From Camelus dromedarius (lineage: Eukaryota), in NCBI RefSeq assembly GCF_036321535.1, contig NC_087436.1, forward strand, positions 47,742,001 through 47,806,000: a DNA stretch of 64,000 bases, in the 5' to 3' direction. The notes under the pieces are model-generated. The model was given only the letters and a program-made list of their open reading frames with translations, was not told the origin of the DNA and searched no databases. Shown piece after piece: positions 1-12,169 of the stretch (positions are counted from its first letter, which is position 1; each line of letters opens with the position of its first letter). The position numbers and the translations under genes are program-made.

Positions 1-79
1 TTTTGCGCTTTATAGCAAATTTCCTCAAAATAATGTTGAAAAGAAGCCAGTCTCCAAGTCTTCTTTAATTCTCTCGTAA

Positions 80-640
80 AGCCATTCCACTGTTTGAGTA
101 CAGCTGTATCCATATTATCAACATCACCAGTGACCTCCACATTTTTAAAATCAAAATTTATTTTAGTCCTTATCTCATTTGACTAATCAGCAACATGACA
201 GTATTATTTTTTTTTTAATTCTAGTTTGGGACACCACTACTTTTTGGTTCTCTTATCTTACCTGCAGTTCACTTTTGGTTTTCTTTGTTGGCTTCTTCTA
301 ATGTTTTTAATCTCTAAATGTCAAAGTGCATCAGAGCTCTATCCCCAGACCAGCTCTTCATCTATATGAACTTTCTAGGTAACTTTAGTTTCATGTCTGG
401 ATCTCAAATTTATGTCTTTAATCCAACTTCTAGTGTGAATGCTAGACTTTGTGTACACTAGCATGTAATACTCTCAACCCATTATCTTCACTTGCATGTC
501 CTACTACTTATTTATTTATAGACTGTCTTTTCCTCACAAATGTAAACTTCATGAGGACAGGGACTTAATTTTGTTCATTGATATTCCCAGCATTTGAATC
601 TGTCTAGCACAGAGTGAGCTCTCAACTTTGTTGACATGTT
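80..640 (+). mobile_element. L2 LINE fragment (decayed RT region plus 3' end)
   Basis: 'catcaccagtgacctccac...tccttatctcatttgactaatcagcaacatgaca' resembles the L2 ORF2 segment VTNDL...LILLDLSAAFDTV. The 3' part 'tgtaaacttcatgaggacagggac...tctagcacagagtgagctctcaa' resembles the L2 3' terminus. Confidence 0.8.
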
Positions 641-654
641 ACTGCCTTGTCAAA

Positions 655-1060
655 TAAAAAATATGCCTACCCTCTTATCCAGTATATATTCTAAAGAACT
701 CAGGCCCATAAGAATGTTTATTTCAATGTTATTATGGAAGTAGGAAGGTGAAGTCATTTTGGGTGTTTATCTCTAAGAGAATAGATGGATATAATGTAGT
801 AGATGCTTATTATTGATGTCAAAAACATCAGCTTAGACATTCACATAGCTACATAGGTAGATACTAAAAAAAATTCTGAGTAAAGATAATATAAAAATCA
901 TAAATATATACATTATATATTTATATAATTTCATTTATGTGAGTTAAAAACACATGCATACAAACTATCAATATGTTTTGTTAGTATTCAACTAATTAGA
1001 AAGGCATACATTATACAAATTTGAATGGTTGTTTATGGGAGAGAGGGGAAGAAAGAAGAA
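655..1060 (+). mobile_element. Ancient L1 (L1ME-like) ORF2 end/3'UTR fragment
   Basis: 'aagaatgtttatttcaatgttatt', 'tctctaagagaatagatggatataatgtagtagatgc' and 'tgaatggttgtttatgggagagagggg' follow the order of L1ME 3'-end motifs. Confidence 0.6.
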
Positions 1061-1399
1061 AGTTATATGGCAAAAACAAAGAGATAAAGGAATGAATGTA
1101 TAAATGGACAAGGGAGAAATTGTGCTTGGGCCAATGTGATAATGTGCTTTGAGCTGAGAAGTATGACTGTCTCATCTGTCTGCAGCTGAAGCAAACCAGA
1201 AGGAAATACTATTGAATAAACAAAAGAGGTGACATTGAGTCTACAAGTGATGGGTAGAGGAATGGCATAATAAAAAATGTTCCACCCCAAAGAGAAAAAA
1301 CTCTTATTTATTCTGTCCTTAAGTTCCTCCACTTAAAATTCACCATCTTGAGAGAGGGAATTCCATTAATCAAGTTTTAGTCACCTGCATTCTTCTTGA

Positions 1400-1585
1400 C
1401 TGTACCAGATTTTAAGCGGAAAGACTGGAAAAATAAGTCTGGAGGGAAAATGGGACAAGGTCAAGATTTATCTTCTCACCCTAATTGCTCACAGACTGGG
1501 AAAGATAGCTCCCCAAAGTAAAACTAAGGTTCTGTTAGGAAGGGGGAATGAAGCTACATAGTTGAAAAATAAAACCACTAGAGAC
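1400..1585 (-). mobile_element. MLT1K/L-like MaLR LTR fragment (5' end of LTR)
   Basis: 'ctccccaaagtaaaactaaggttctgttaggaagggggaatgaagctac...aaaaataaaaccactaga' resembles the reverse complement of the old MLT1 LTR start. Confidence 0.55.
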
Positions 1586-2329
1586 CATATGATACCATAA
1601 GTTCCAAATAGATAACAATTAACAATGACCCTTGGTGGTTGTTGAATGGAATCCTTCCTGGAAAATTCAGTATTATTTTCTTTTGGAAAAAAATGGTACC
1701 AAAAAAGGCTCTAGTTTCCAACTATAAATTGCATTGAGAGTTGCCAAAAATAACCTAAAGTTATGCAAACGATAATTTGTATTCAGATAGTGGAAACTAG
1801 GGGATACAGAAACCAGTGCATAGTTGAGACTGTTGCCAACAAAAAAATCAAGAAAGCACACAAACAGCACTTTCTCTCTGTCTCTGTCTCTCTGTCTCTC
1901 TCTCACACGCAATTTCACTAGGTTAATAGAATAGTCAGGTTTGTAATCATGTTTGATCTTAAGTTAATATTTTATTCTATGCATGTATTTTCTTTTTATA
2001 AGGGGCATAAACTTTCAGAACATCATTTTTTCTTATACAGTAGGCACAGTTTTCCTAATTTTAATGAAATAGTGACACCACTGAAGTTTAAAAGTCAAAT
2101 TCTTTTTTGTGGAATATATTTTTACTTTGCTTCTCTTATTTTTCTATCTTGAAACTTTTAATTTTCATTACTTTATTTATTTATTTATTTATTTAATTGT
2201 TTGTTTGTTTGTTTATTTATTGGCATCTTTCTTTTAGGAATTTGAGGAGAGGAAAGATAAGAAAGAATAGAGATGGAAACAAGACCTTAAAACTCCTATA
2301 AAGATTTTTTAGAGCAAGTAGATTCCAAG

Positions 2330-2445
2330 AATTCATTCTTTCATTTATTAATTAAACGTTTTTAAGTGTCTTTTCTGTTCCAAGCATTGAGTTACAAATA
2401 CTAGGTAATAGAAGAAGGTAAGACTCTTAAAAATCTTTTCTAGAC
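2330..2445 (-). mobile_element. L2 3'-end fragment
   Basis: 'attcattctttcatttattaattaaacgtttttaagtgtcttttctgttccaagcattg' resembles the reverse-complemented L2 tail. Confidence 0.5.
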
Positions 2446-4779
2446 ACAATATGCCTATATCTATTGAAGTATCTACCAATCATTGGGCTGACCAGTTGAA
2501 AGATACAGCTCCACTAACAGGTAATTGGCAGCTCTATACATTATAATTCACTCCTTGTTAACATAAAGTTGGGGGAAAAAAATTTCATGCTATCCTTACA
2601 GTTTGGGTATAGAATTCTCAACAGACTTTTCTCCTGATTTCCATTCTTCAATTTTTTTTTAATTAGAATTTTTCCAAGCATGATTTCTATCATGTTGTGC
2701 CGCTACTCTCTTCAGTCACTTTGGCAAAGCGAATCAAACAAGTATTAGCCATTCCAGGCTTTAGCCTGAACAGATTGTCTGAATCTTCCTGCTGATTGTC
2801 AGGGAGAAATGCAGATTGCGTGCTCACTGAGCACCGGGGTGCGACTCAGTGATAGAATATTGCGCTTGGGCTTTGAAATCAGGGAACCTTGAACTCCACA
2901 GAGAATGGCTGAACAGACTCTCAGACGGAGACCACAAATCACCCCCTGGTCCTCTGCTCACTCTGTTTACTTGCCTCTGAGATATTCCAGTACTTTCTGT
3001 GATTTCTGACACCAAGCATCCATTCTTGTGGCACTGTGCTCTTGCCAAGTTTAAGATAAATGTCCTCAGAGACAGTTATTTTGCAACGCTCCATTTTAGA
3101 TAAAGCTGATGTGTGCTTTACGACTGTTTGTGGCAAGGTCAATATCATTTAGCTTGCTGTATTCTTTTGTTTATTGATTTGTTTGTTATGAGGTCAGGAA
3201 AGGCACAATTCCATCTGGCCTCAGGTATTGAATTCACCCTTTCATCCTTCCAACCTGGGAATCTGTGTGTCTCATGGAATACAGAACTGAAGTGGATGTG
3301 TTCCTTTCTTTAAAAATAACTGCATTCTGGGCATAGATTACTATGGGAACATTTTTGGACATTTCACATTCCTCCCCAGTGGGTACCATAAAGTCATGGC
3401 CGTGAAGGCTTGCCAAGAACAGCTAATGAGTATTCACATTCCAGCCCAGAGGTACTGTTCTTAGCATTATTTGGCTTGATCTCTGTGTTTCCCTCACTGG
3501 TTGTCATAAAGTATTCTGCAGCTATTCTAGGCATACTCTATTTTCACATGCCCTCCATGAGCCTTAGGTGACATGAGGCTTGTGACCATGAGGCAATGGT
3601 GAGAGGTAAAACACAATTATTATTTGTTTGTTTCTTTACTTACTGTATAAACCGATAGGCTCTGGATTATGTTTAGGAGTTATTTATATAATATTATTAC
3701 TCAAGAATCTCCCTTTAACTGGTTAAAGAACAGAATGAGTGCTCAGTCATCCAAAGACATTAGGATATTCAAAAAACAAGACTCCAGCTACCACTTGTAC
3801 CATCTCTTCACCCTAACATCATATACCTGCATACATCAAAACAATGTGAGGTATTTTCCATACAGATACTGGAAAATCTCTTTTTTCGGTTTTGTTGTTG
3901 TTGTTGAGTGTGGACAGAAGATATTTACTAATGTAAAATATCAGAATACTGTTCTTTTTATTGCTTTAACGAGTAAAAGCTGTGGTCATTAGGATCAGAA
4001 TAGGTCTCATTTGGAAGCCATGTGCTCTCCTAATAAATTTGGAAATTGGAAGAAACGTCAAGACATGTGAATAAGAGCCTACACACAAAAACAGTGGCAG
4101 ATTCCAACAGTTATACTCAGAGCTCTGGCCACAAGCAGAAATGCTGGAATATCCACTGTGGTGGTCTGGTTCTGATAAAACTAAGCCAGCAGTCAACAGA
4201 TTTTTTTTTCACTGTCACCAAACCTTTATCTCACTAAACAAATTATTGACTATTCCTTAATTCTTAATCTCAAAAAAAAAAGGGTCCCTATTAGACTGAG
4301 TGATTAAAACTCATTTATTCTTTCTGTCTTTGTATACTTTTCTGCTCTTCTGTATACTTACACTTGGAAACCTTGCTGACAAGTGACTTATTATAGACTG
4401 CTCCTGTGGGCTCACCAGTGATTGAAGTTCTTTGTATTTTTTGTTTTGTTTTGTTTTTTGTCTTTTCAGTGCATGAGTTACTGTCATTAGTTTCTTCCTT
4501 TGTTCATGTGGTTGGTTGCTGAACCTTGAAACATGTGGTAGGTGCAGTTTTTTGTAGTCTCTGCCGCCTCCTAGGACAGCTGTAACTCAAAACTGTGTAC
4601 ATACTTCCTTTTATGATCAGAAGAACAACGACCACAGTGCTTCTCTTAAGGCAGATGTTTCAGCAAAAAGACGAAACTAGTGATGGCTGGTAACTCATCC
4701 TTTCTGAGCAAATGTGCTCAGGTCTTCTGCAGGTAAAGGAGACTCTCCTTTGACCTACTCTGTTCTTTCTTTCTTGTAC

Positions 4780-5275
4780 CACCCAGGCTCTATCCCCTGA
4801 CCACTCATTTATTTCTAATTCCCTAGATGATGGTTTTTATTACTGTTGATAGCGGGGTTGCCAGTCATCTGTGTCCACTGCCCTAAGTTCGCCTCAGTCC
4901 TACATCTCTAATTGTCTACTTCGCCACTTCTTCAGTAATTACACAGTAATTTTTCTAACTTCAGACTCCTGTTTTCTCTACAGTTGCCTTGTTTTGAAAA
5001 TCACCTTTTCCCCTGTTCCTCTGTTGTATGCCTACAGCTGTTCAACATTGTTCACCCACCCTCCAATCCCTCCCAACTTTCTTCTAAGTGCACAGACTAT
5101 TTATTGACATAAAATATAACAAAAATGACAAGAAAAATGAAATAAAAGTAAAATACTCTGTTATTATTTTTTTAATTAGCTATTCTTCCTAGGTAGAATG
5201 TGAACTTCTTGAGGACAAAGGCTTAGATCCACTTATTTCCTTAACATTAGCACCATAAATACTTGTTGAGAATTC
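4780..5275 (+). mobile_element. Degraded L2 fragments
   Basis: 'cctacatctctaattgtctact' and the 3' end 'gaatgtgaacttcttgaggacaaaggc...ataaatacttgttgag'. Confidence 0.5.
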
Positions 5276-5437
5276 ATCAGTTTCATGTTTTTATCTCTTG
5301 ACATATAATGATTAGTACACATTAAAACAATTCTAAAGTCTTTAAATTAATTTAGCAGAGGTAATAAAATTTTTAATATCAGAGAGTTTTTGAGAATCTG
5401 AAGAAAACCACATGATCTCTCTTCAGGAACACAAGTG

Positions 5438-5537
5438 TGCACACACACACACACTTCTTTCTGCTGCCTCTGTCCCTCTCTGTCACTCTCTCACACACAC
5501 GCATGCACACAATTACACACACTATTTTTGCACACAC
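5438..5537. repeat. Degenerate (CA)n/(CT)n low-complexity tract
   Basis: Interrupted CA and CT runs seen directly. Confidence 0.8.
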
Positions 5538-6289
5538 TTTTAAAGCATTCCTGGACCCTCTGGCGTTCATCAGTGGAGGCCACGTTAAAGATTACTGCCC
5601 AGTAGTTTTTATAGATAATCCTTCAGTGTTATTTTCTGTGGGAATGTTAAATAATAATGATAGGAAAGAAAGGAGAACACCAGAGAGAGGGAGAAAGGCA
5701 TGGTAGAAGAGAGTGAAATACAGGAATGCAAAGAGCAGAGTGAAAATAGGGGAAGAAAGAGGAGTGGTGGTGAGAGATGAAAGGAACAGTGGGTGTCACA
5801 AAGTGGCATGAAGCACTGTTGATTCTCTAGGACAAAAAGGTCCAGGATTTAGGCTGAGGTTTCAACTGAGCTTTAGACTGAGAAGGGGACGATGGTACAA
5901 AGCAAGGTAATGGCACCCTCTACCCTCTAGGCAGTAGGAGCCCAGAAAAAACAATTCCTTACAGATGTCACGAATGATCAGTTTTCATTCTAGGATCATC
6001 AGAGATTAATTCCGACTGTCACTGAAAAAGAACTAGGAATGTGAAGAAAATATCAAATCTGAGAAGACGATGCAGCATTGAATCAGTGACATGTAGGCTT
6101 TGGGAGGGGAAAACAGGGGTGTCTATCGCCCACGAAGTATAAGTACTCCCTGTATTCCATCCTTTCAGGTCTAACTGGAGTTAGAAAGAGGCTTTTTTAG
6201 ATGTAGTACCCATGGAACCAGTTTTTTATTCTTACACTATGAGAGTAGTGTAAATGCTTGTTAAGAATTTTTAAGTCAGAAGCTAGGCT

Positions 6290-6482
6290 GAGTGCCTCAC
6301 ACGGATTATTTCATTAAATCCTCACCACAACTCTAGAATGTAAGAACAATTATTCTTCCCATTGTGTGAATGGAAAATTGGGGATTGAAGAGACGAGATA
6401 GCTTGCCAAGGTCACAGAGCCAAGAAATTGCATGGCTTGGACCCACATGGTCTAACATCAGGGTTAGCTTTCTCAGCCACAA
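6290..6482 (-). mobile_element. MIR SINE
   Basis: 'tttcattaaatcctcaccacaactc...cccattgtgtgaatggaaaattggg...gcttgccaaggtcacagagc' is the reverse complement of the MIR core. Confidence 0.85.
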
Positions 6483-7139
6483 CTTTAAACTGGAGAGGAG
6501 ACCTTAGACAGAGTCACTGTAGCAGGGGCTGCTAAGGGTAGACGGAAGACAGAAGATAACCTGGCCTTCACGCCCCCCAGCCAAGGAGATGTTAGTGATA
6601 TGGTGATTTCTTCTTCTCAAATTTTGAACAGCTGTGAGGTGTTTAGACTTCTGAGCCTAGTATCAGTATTTATAAATAACCCTAACTTGATCCCCTTTGA
6701 TTTTATTTTTGGATGTCATAGCTTTGTCCTTTCTTTGTTTTCACTCAGCCTCCCCTGCATGTTCCCCAAGCAGCAGAACGATCCATTTCAGGAGCGTATT
6801 TTATGTGATGCTGACACCAGTTGCTCCACGGAGACCTTCAGGCTCCTACCAGAGTGTAACTGGCACCCAGGAGCAGACAGGCTCCAAAGCACCAGAAAGT
6901 GAATCTGTTTCACAATAAGTCTTTATCTCAGCATGAAAAAAGCAATACATTATGAACAATCTGAGCAGCTATTCTCTAAACTCACACATAAAACTGTATT
7001 AAGCTAAAATATAGCTGGTTGCCAAAAAGAGAAGACAACAGGGCTGACTTTTTCTTAACAACTTCCATGTAACTTGTTTCCTAGTGTTGATTATTCAGAG
7101 CTCTTTAGTATCTAGGGCTGCTGATTTAAGATATTCAGT

Positions 7140-7262
7140 CAACATTCATTAATTCATTCAGTAGACATTTCTGGGCACTTACTATGTGTTAGGCCATATT
7201 CTAGGAATTCAGCAGTGAACAAAGATAGACATAAACTCCCATCTTCATGGAGCTTACATGGT
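7140..7262 (-). mobile_element. L2 3'-end fragment
   Basis: 'cattcattaattcattcagtagacatttctgggcacttactatgtgttaggc...gcagtgaacaaagatagac...catggagcttac'. Confidence 0.85.
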
Positions 7263-8727
7263 GGATATAAACACTTGAAAGAAGTGGAGAAGGTGGGAAA
7301 AATAGATCCATCACTTACCTCTTTTAAGGTTCCAAACCTTCCCTATGTTAGGAAATTATACTTTTGATGTCAGTTGATTGAAAAAAAAAGTGACAATTGT
7401 TCCTATGGATTCAGAAATCTTTTATTTATTTTTTCTCAGTCACAGATGCATGCCTATGCATCAGAAATAGTCATACAAGTAAATATGACACATACTGATT
7501 TTGCTTGAAGAAATTCTTGGTTTCTGCATGGCTTGGTTTTCCTCTTGTGCAAATTTCACAGCTCCGCATGGGTCCAAGACCACAAGTTGGGATGACCAAA
7601 TTAGATGATCTCTGATGATTCACTCCAAGTCTGAGGGTGAAGGGCTGTCTTGGGGAAACTGCTAGATACTTTCTGTTAGAAGATGTTTCCAAAAAGCAGG
7701 ACATCTCTTATTTGACTCATCTTTTCTATATTAGAATATTTTTAGATAACTCAGCACATTTCCCTGAATCTTAAAATTATCAGGGTATAATAGTGCTTCT
7801 GAAATTTTTTATCTTTCTTCTATATTAGACAATTCTTTCCAAAATGGCCTCATAAATAATTCCTTTAATTTTCTCTTTTTCTCATTCAAAAGGAATGCAA
7901 TTGAAGCCCTTTTATTTTTGTAACCGAGAAGGGTTAGTCCTTACTATGCCCAATAAAAATGTATTACTATGTCCAGTATAATTCTATTTGAGTTTATGTT
8001 AAAAATACTTTAAAATAGGGAAAATATCTAACCTTATGTCATTCTTTTCCATATTTATCAGATTCTTGAAGAAAATCATACCAGTGTTCACAAAATTTCT
8101 GGGAAAGTCAAAAATAAAATTAAATAGAATGAATCATCTTGCTTTACATATAACGTCAGATAAATCATTAAACCCTCTCTAAATTTGTCCAGATGGATTA
8201 TTTCCATTTAGTGCTTCAGAGTGATGATTGATCTTCAAATTCCTATCTCAAAAATGTCATAATTCAATATTTCTCACTAAGTTTTAAATATCAGGCAGCA
8301 GAACACCTTGATATTATCTTGTGCTTTATTGGGTACAGAAGAGTTTCTACTCAAAATATTTCCATCTTTTTGAGAATTTACTCTTATAGAAGAGGTCTGA
8401 GATGAACAAGAATTATTTGGAATAAAAATGTTTTTATAAACTGTATCTTATCAAACTGGCTTTTTAGATGAACTTGAGGGAGTTTGCAACTAAATAGTTT
8501 GATCTAACTGATTTTATATAATGTAACTGAAAACTAGGGAGCAAAAGCAGCTTCTACTTAAACCTCAACTGTAAGCCCTAGGATTTTGCCTTTATTTAAT
8601 CACTGGTTTCCATTCCTTGTCTCAGCAACGAGCAGAAGGGAAATAAGAGAGCATGGAAACATTAATCTGGTATCAACTACAATTAAGCCTGAAAAAATTA
8701 CATCAAACAAAAAGTAATGGCAAAACC

Positions 8728-8822
8728 AAAATCATTTATTAAACACTTTTACTGGATGCAGAGCTCTGTTTTAGGTGACACAAAAGAAGTGAAAATTAAG
8801 TCCTTATCTTTAAGAATTTTCT
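8728..8822 (-). mobile_element. L2 3'-end fragment
   Basis: 'aatcatttattaaacacttttactggatgcagagctctgttttaggtg...gtccttatctttaagaatttt'. Confidence 0.55.
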
Positions 8823-9039
8823 ATATTATATTTATATGGTGGCTGAAATGACAAAAATTCATGAGAGTAAAATGTTAAGTATTGCTAATGCTTATTATAT
8901 TCCTAGATCTGTTATTTAACTGTTAACAAGAATGAAACACTTGTTGGGAGCTAAAGGAGAAAGAAAACAGGGGAAAATTGAGTCTGACTTCTCTGGTGTC
9001 AGTAAACTAAAGAAAATATTTTAAAAATATTAAAAGCAA

Positions 9040-9540
9040 TTAAAGAATAAATACATGTTACCTACAAGCTAATGGCAGAGAGGACTAGACATCTCATCAC
9101 TAACAACAGGAACCAAAACATAGTGATATAGTATCTTTTATAAGTACTGAGAGAAAATATTCCCAACTTAGATTTCTATACCCAGCAAAACTATTATTCA
9201 GAAACAAAGGAGAAAGCAATTAAAAGACAAACACTGAAAGAATACACAATCCTCAGAATCTGACTGAATGAGCATGTATAATTTGCATCTTGCAACAAAT
9301 AGAATGTAGTCCCACGAAAATGGATTGAGAAGCAAGTAGCAATAGCAAAGACACTGGTAGACATATGGATAAATCTAAACAAACACTGGCTGTAAATGAT
9401 GATGATGATAGGATAACAACTGGGGGTTCAAAATCAATGTCAAATTTAAATGGTAGACAACAGTAAAATATGAGAAACTAAAGCAAAATCATTCTAAGTT
9501 CCCTTTATTAACTAGACAGGAAAGATAATTTAGAGATATA
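9040..9540 (+). mobile_element. HAL1/old L1 ORF1 fragment
   Basis: 'aagtactgagagaaaatattcccaacttagatttctatacccagcaaaactattattc' corresponds to the L1 ORF1 motif KVLREN..QPRILYPAKLSF. No ORF2 follows, as in HAL1. Confidence 0.7.
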
Positions 9541-9574
9541 GTCAGAAAAATACAAATCATGTAACCTCTGCAGG

Positions 9575-9770
9575 ATCTCTGGAGTCAAATTGCCTGCGTT
9601 CCCCCACTTGACAGCCTTGTGACCTTGGATGACTTATTTAGATTCTCTATTCTTCAATTTCTTTATAATGTAAAATGAAGTTGATGATAACATTACCAGT
9701 TTTATAGTGTTACAATGAGTTTGAGTCTTATAAGGCATTTAAAAGAGTGTCTGGTACTATGAGAGTATTA
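9575..9770 (+). mobile_element. MIR SINE
   Basis: 'ctctggagtcaaattgcctg...tgtgaccttggatgacttattt...tgtaaaatgaagttgatgataac...aaggcatttaaaagagtgtctggtac'. Confidence 0.85.
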
Positions 9771-12169
9771 TATTTTATATTTTATAGATACATATATACG
9801 TGTGTGTGTGTATATATATATCTTAAAATAATAAGGAAATATACAATATACAACTTGATTAAGATGAATTATCATGGACTTTAAGGTCACTATAGTTTCT
9901 TGAATAAGACTGTGATATGATAATGACATTTAAGAAGCACTGCAAAAAATACCAACCTTATCTTTCTTGGCCTCAATGCCAAGAGGTAAATTAGATGTTT
10001 TACCTTTATTCTCAGATTTCACAGAGTGGCATCCTAGTTCTATGCCTCTTTTGCCACTTAGACATTGATTTTAAAATTATAAAGATAAGTTTGAAGCAAA
10101 AAATATGATCTCTTTATTTAATGTGGTACATTTTTGTGTTTTTCAGCTCAAAGAAATGTACTTATAAAGAAATTTTGAGGCAAAATAACATACATTAATA
10201 AATATATATATTTTACATCTTGTCCTAAATCTCTTTTAATGGAAAGAGCATCTAGATTACAGGGCAGCATCAAAATGAGGTGATTTATATGTTGATATCA
10301 TGTTGTCAGCTATCTTCTTTGAAATGAATTTCCATGTTTTTCTTCTCCAATTATATTACATTCACTGTAATTGTCACTCTTGGAAAGAGCAAGACATACT
10401 CCAAACATAATGGCTTATATCTTAAATAAAAATTTTAATCTCTTTTATATTTTAAAATGTATTTCCTTGGATAATCAGGACAAAAGGAGGTAAAGATGGA
10501 TAGCTGCCTATAGCTAGAGGTTATTTCAGTTAGACGGACCTCACATTTTAGAAAGAGAATCCCCTTGGTTGGATGTAAACATGGGACGTTTCTCACCTAA
10601 AGTGATGTAAAAATTGGATGTGCCCACCTGTTACCTCTTCCTATTTTCCTTTCTGGTCTACTTTGTCTTGTTCTGAGGGCTGAGAACAGGGGGCTGCATT
10701 TCTGCTCCTTGTTGGCAGATGCTGGAACCGTCTGTTCTCTAATGTAATGTTTAGCAATGCAGTAACATTGGCACTTTGCAGTGTTCAGCTGTGGTTATTT
10801 CACCACGATCTTCATGGCAGTTTCTAAAACTGCCTCTTCATTTAGTCTTGAGGATGGATTCCCTGAGGATCACTCTGTCAAGTGCCACTGGCACCCACAG
10901 TGTAGCCCTGGCTCCAGTTCTGAAGGGTGCTTCAGGTCGAATAAAATAATTCCATCGGGCTCTTTGATGTGATCCCATCTGGACAGCTGGGAAAGTGAGC
11001 TCGCTCTCTCCACTCCTCTGGAGCTCCAGGTTGGCAGTGGCCCTTGACTGTGGTCTATCTGCTCTTCCAGTGCCCCGGGGTTCTAGCTCTCCTCAGCTGC
11101 TTACACTGGCATTGGCCCCCATTCAGGCGTGCTGATTTATCTCTGCTGGCACTGGCCCCATTCCTCTGGCTTTTGTTCTTGGCAGTGCTGCTGAGTTTTT
11201 CCCCTTACTGCTGGTGAACTCCCAAATGCCTGAGGAAGGCTGAGATATAACTACATTTCAGCTGCTGCCCCCATAGGAGGTACCAACTAAACTGAGATGA
11301 AAAAGGAGGAATAGACTCTAAGATAGAAAGCCGAAGCCAACATTCACTCACCTCTGAGCCAGAGTGGCCGGAAGAAAAGGACACACACTTTGAGTTCTGG
11401 GTTCTAAATTATAGTTTAGAGGGGTGAGGAGATTTGTTTGTGTGTAGAGTCAGTATGAGCTTTCATCTTTAATTTATAAGGAATTGCTTGGAATTACTTA
11501 GGAAAGAGTTGCTGAAAGCCCTCCTAAACAATTGGAAGTTAAATCCTATTGCAGAGAATATACTAAAACAGAAAAAAAAATTTAGTAAAGCACCATGTAT
11601 GAAAATCCTTTTCCCAGTTTCCTCCAAGAAAATAATCTCTCTTTTTTTCCTCACCTTAGTAGGAGGTTTTATTGTAGTGCAAATTCATTTGTCAGAATAT
11701 ACTAGCATGGAATGTCACATGCCATGTGGTCTTTTGACAGTATTAAAATATCTGGTCAACCAAAGACCTCCATAGCGTGGCTCTACAAAGCACGCAGGTC
11801 ACCTGTGGGTATTAGAGATGGAGAATGGTCAGTGGTTGAGTTTGGAAATGGAGTTCTTAAAAGAGGAAGAAGCTTTACCTTTCACATGTTGTCTGGCTTT
11901 TCTCACTAAGAATAAGTGTGTGGTATTTTATTCTGTATTTTCTTCATGAACTTGAGTTGAAATGATCATTAGGAACTGCCACTGTTTACTTTTAAAAATC
12001 ACTATTTGAAGTCAGTATGGCTAGGAAGGAAAAATCATATCCTAATGGCAAATAAAATCCTATTTTCTTAAAAAAAATATGCTAAAAATACTTGGTTCAG
12101 GAGGAACTCAAAATCACAGAATTGTCAAAAAAAAACCATAATGAAAAGAAGAAACAATCTGTGGAGTAT

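Noticed and set aside
4441..4738. Possible 263-nt + exon (acceptor 4469, donor 4733)
   Set aside because: The acceptor comes from a (TTTTG)n simple repeat and there is no coding signal. Such pseudo-exons are common in introns.
6600..6918. Two overlapping + ORFs after a pyrimidine-rich acceptor-like sequence (~6770)
   Set aside because: No recognisable protein, only a weak downstream donor, and both frames end within ~150 nt.
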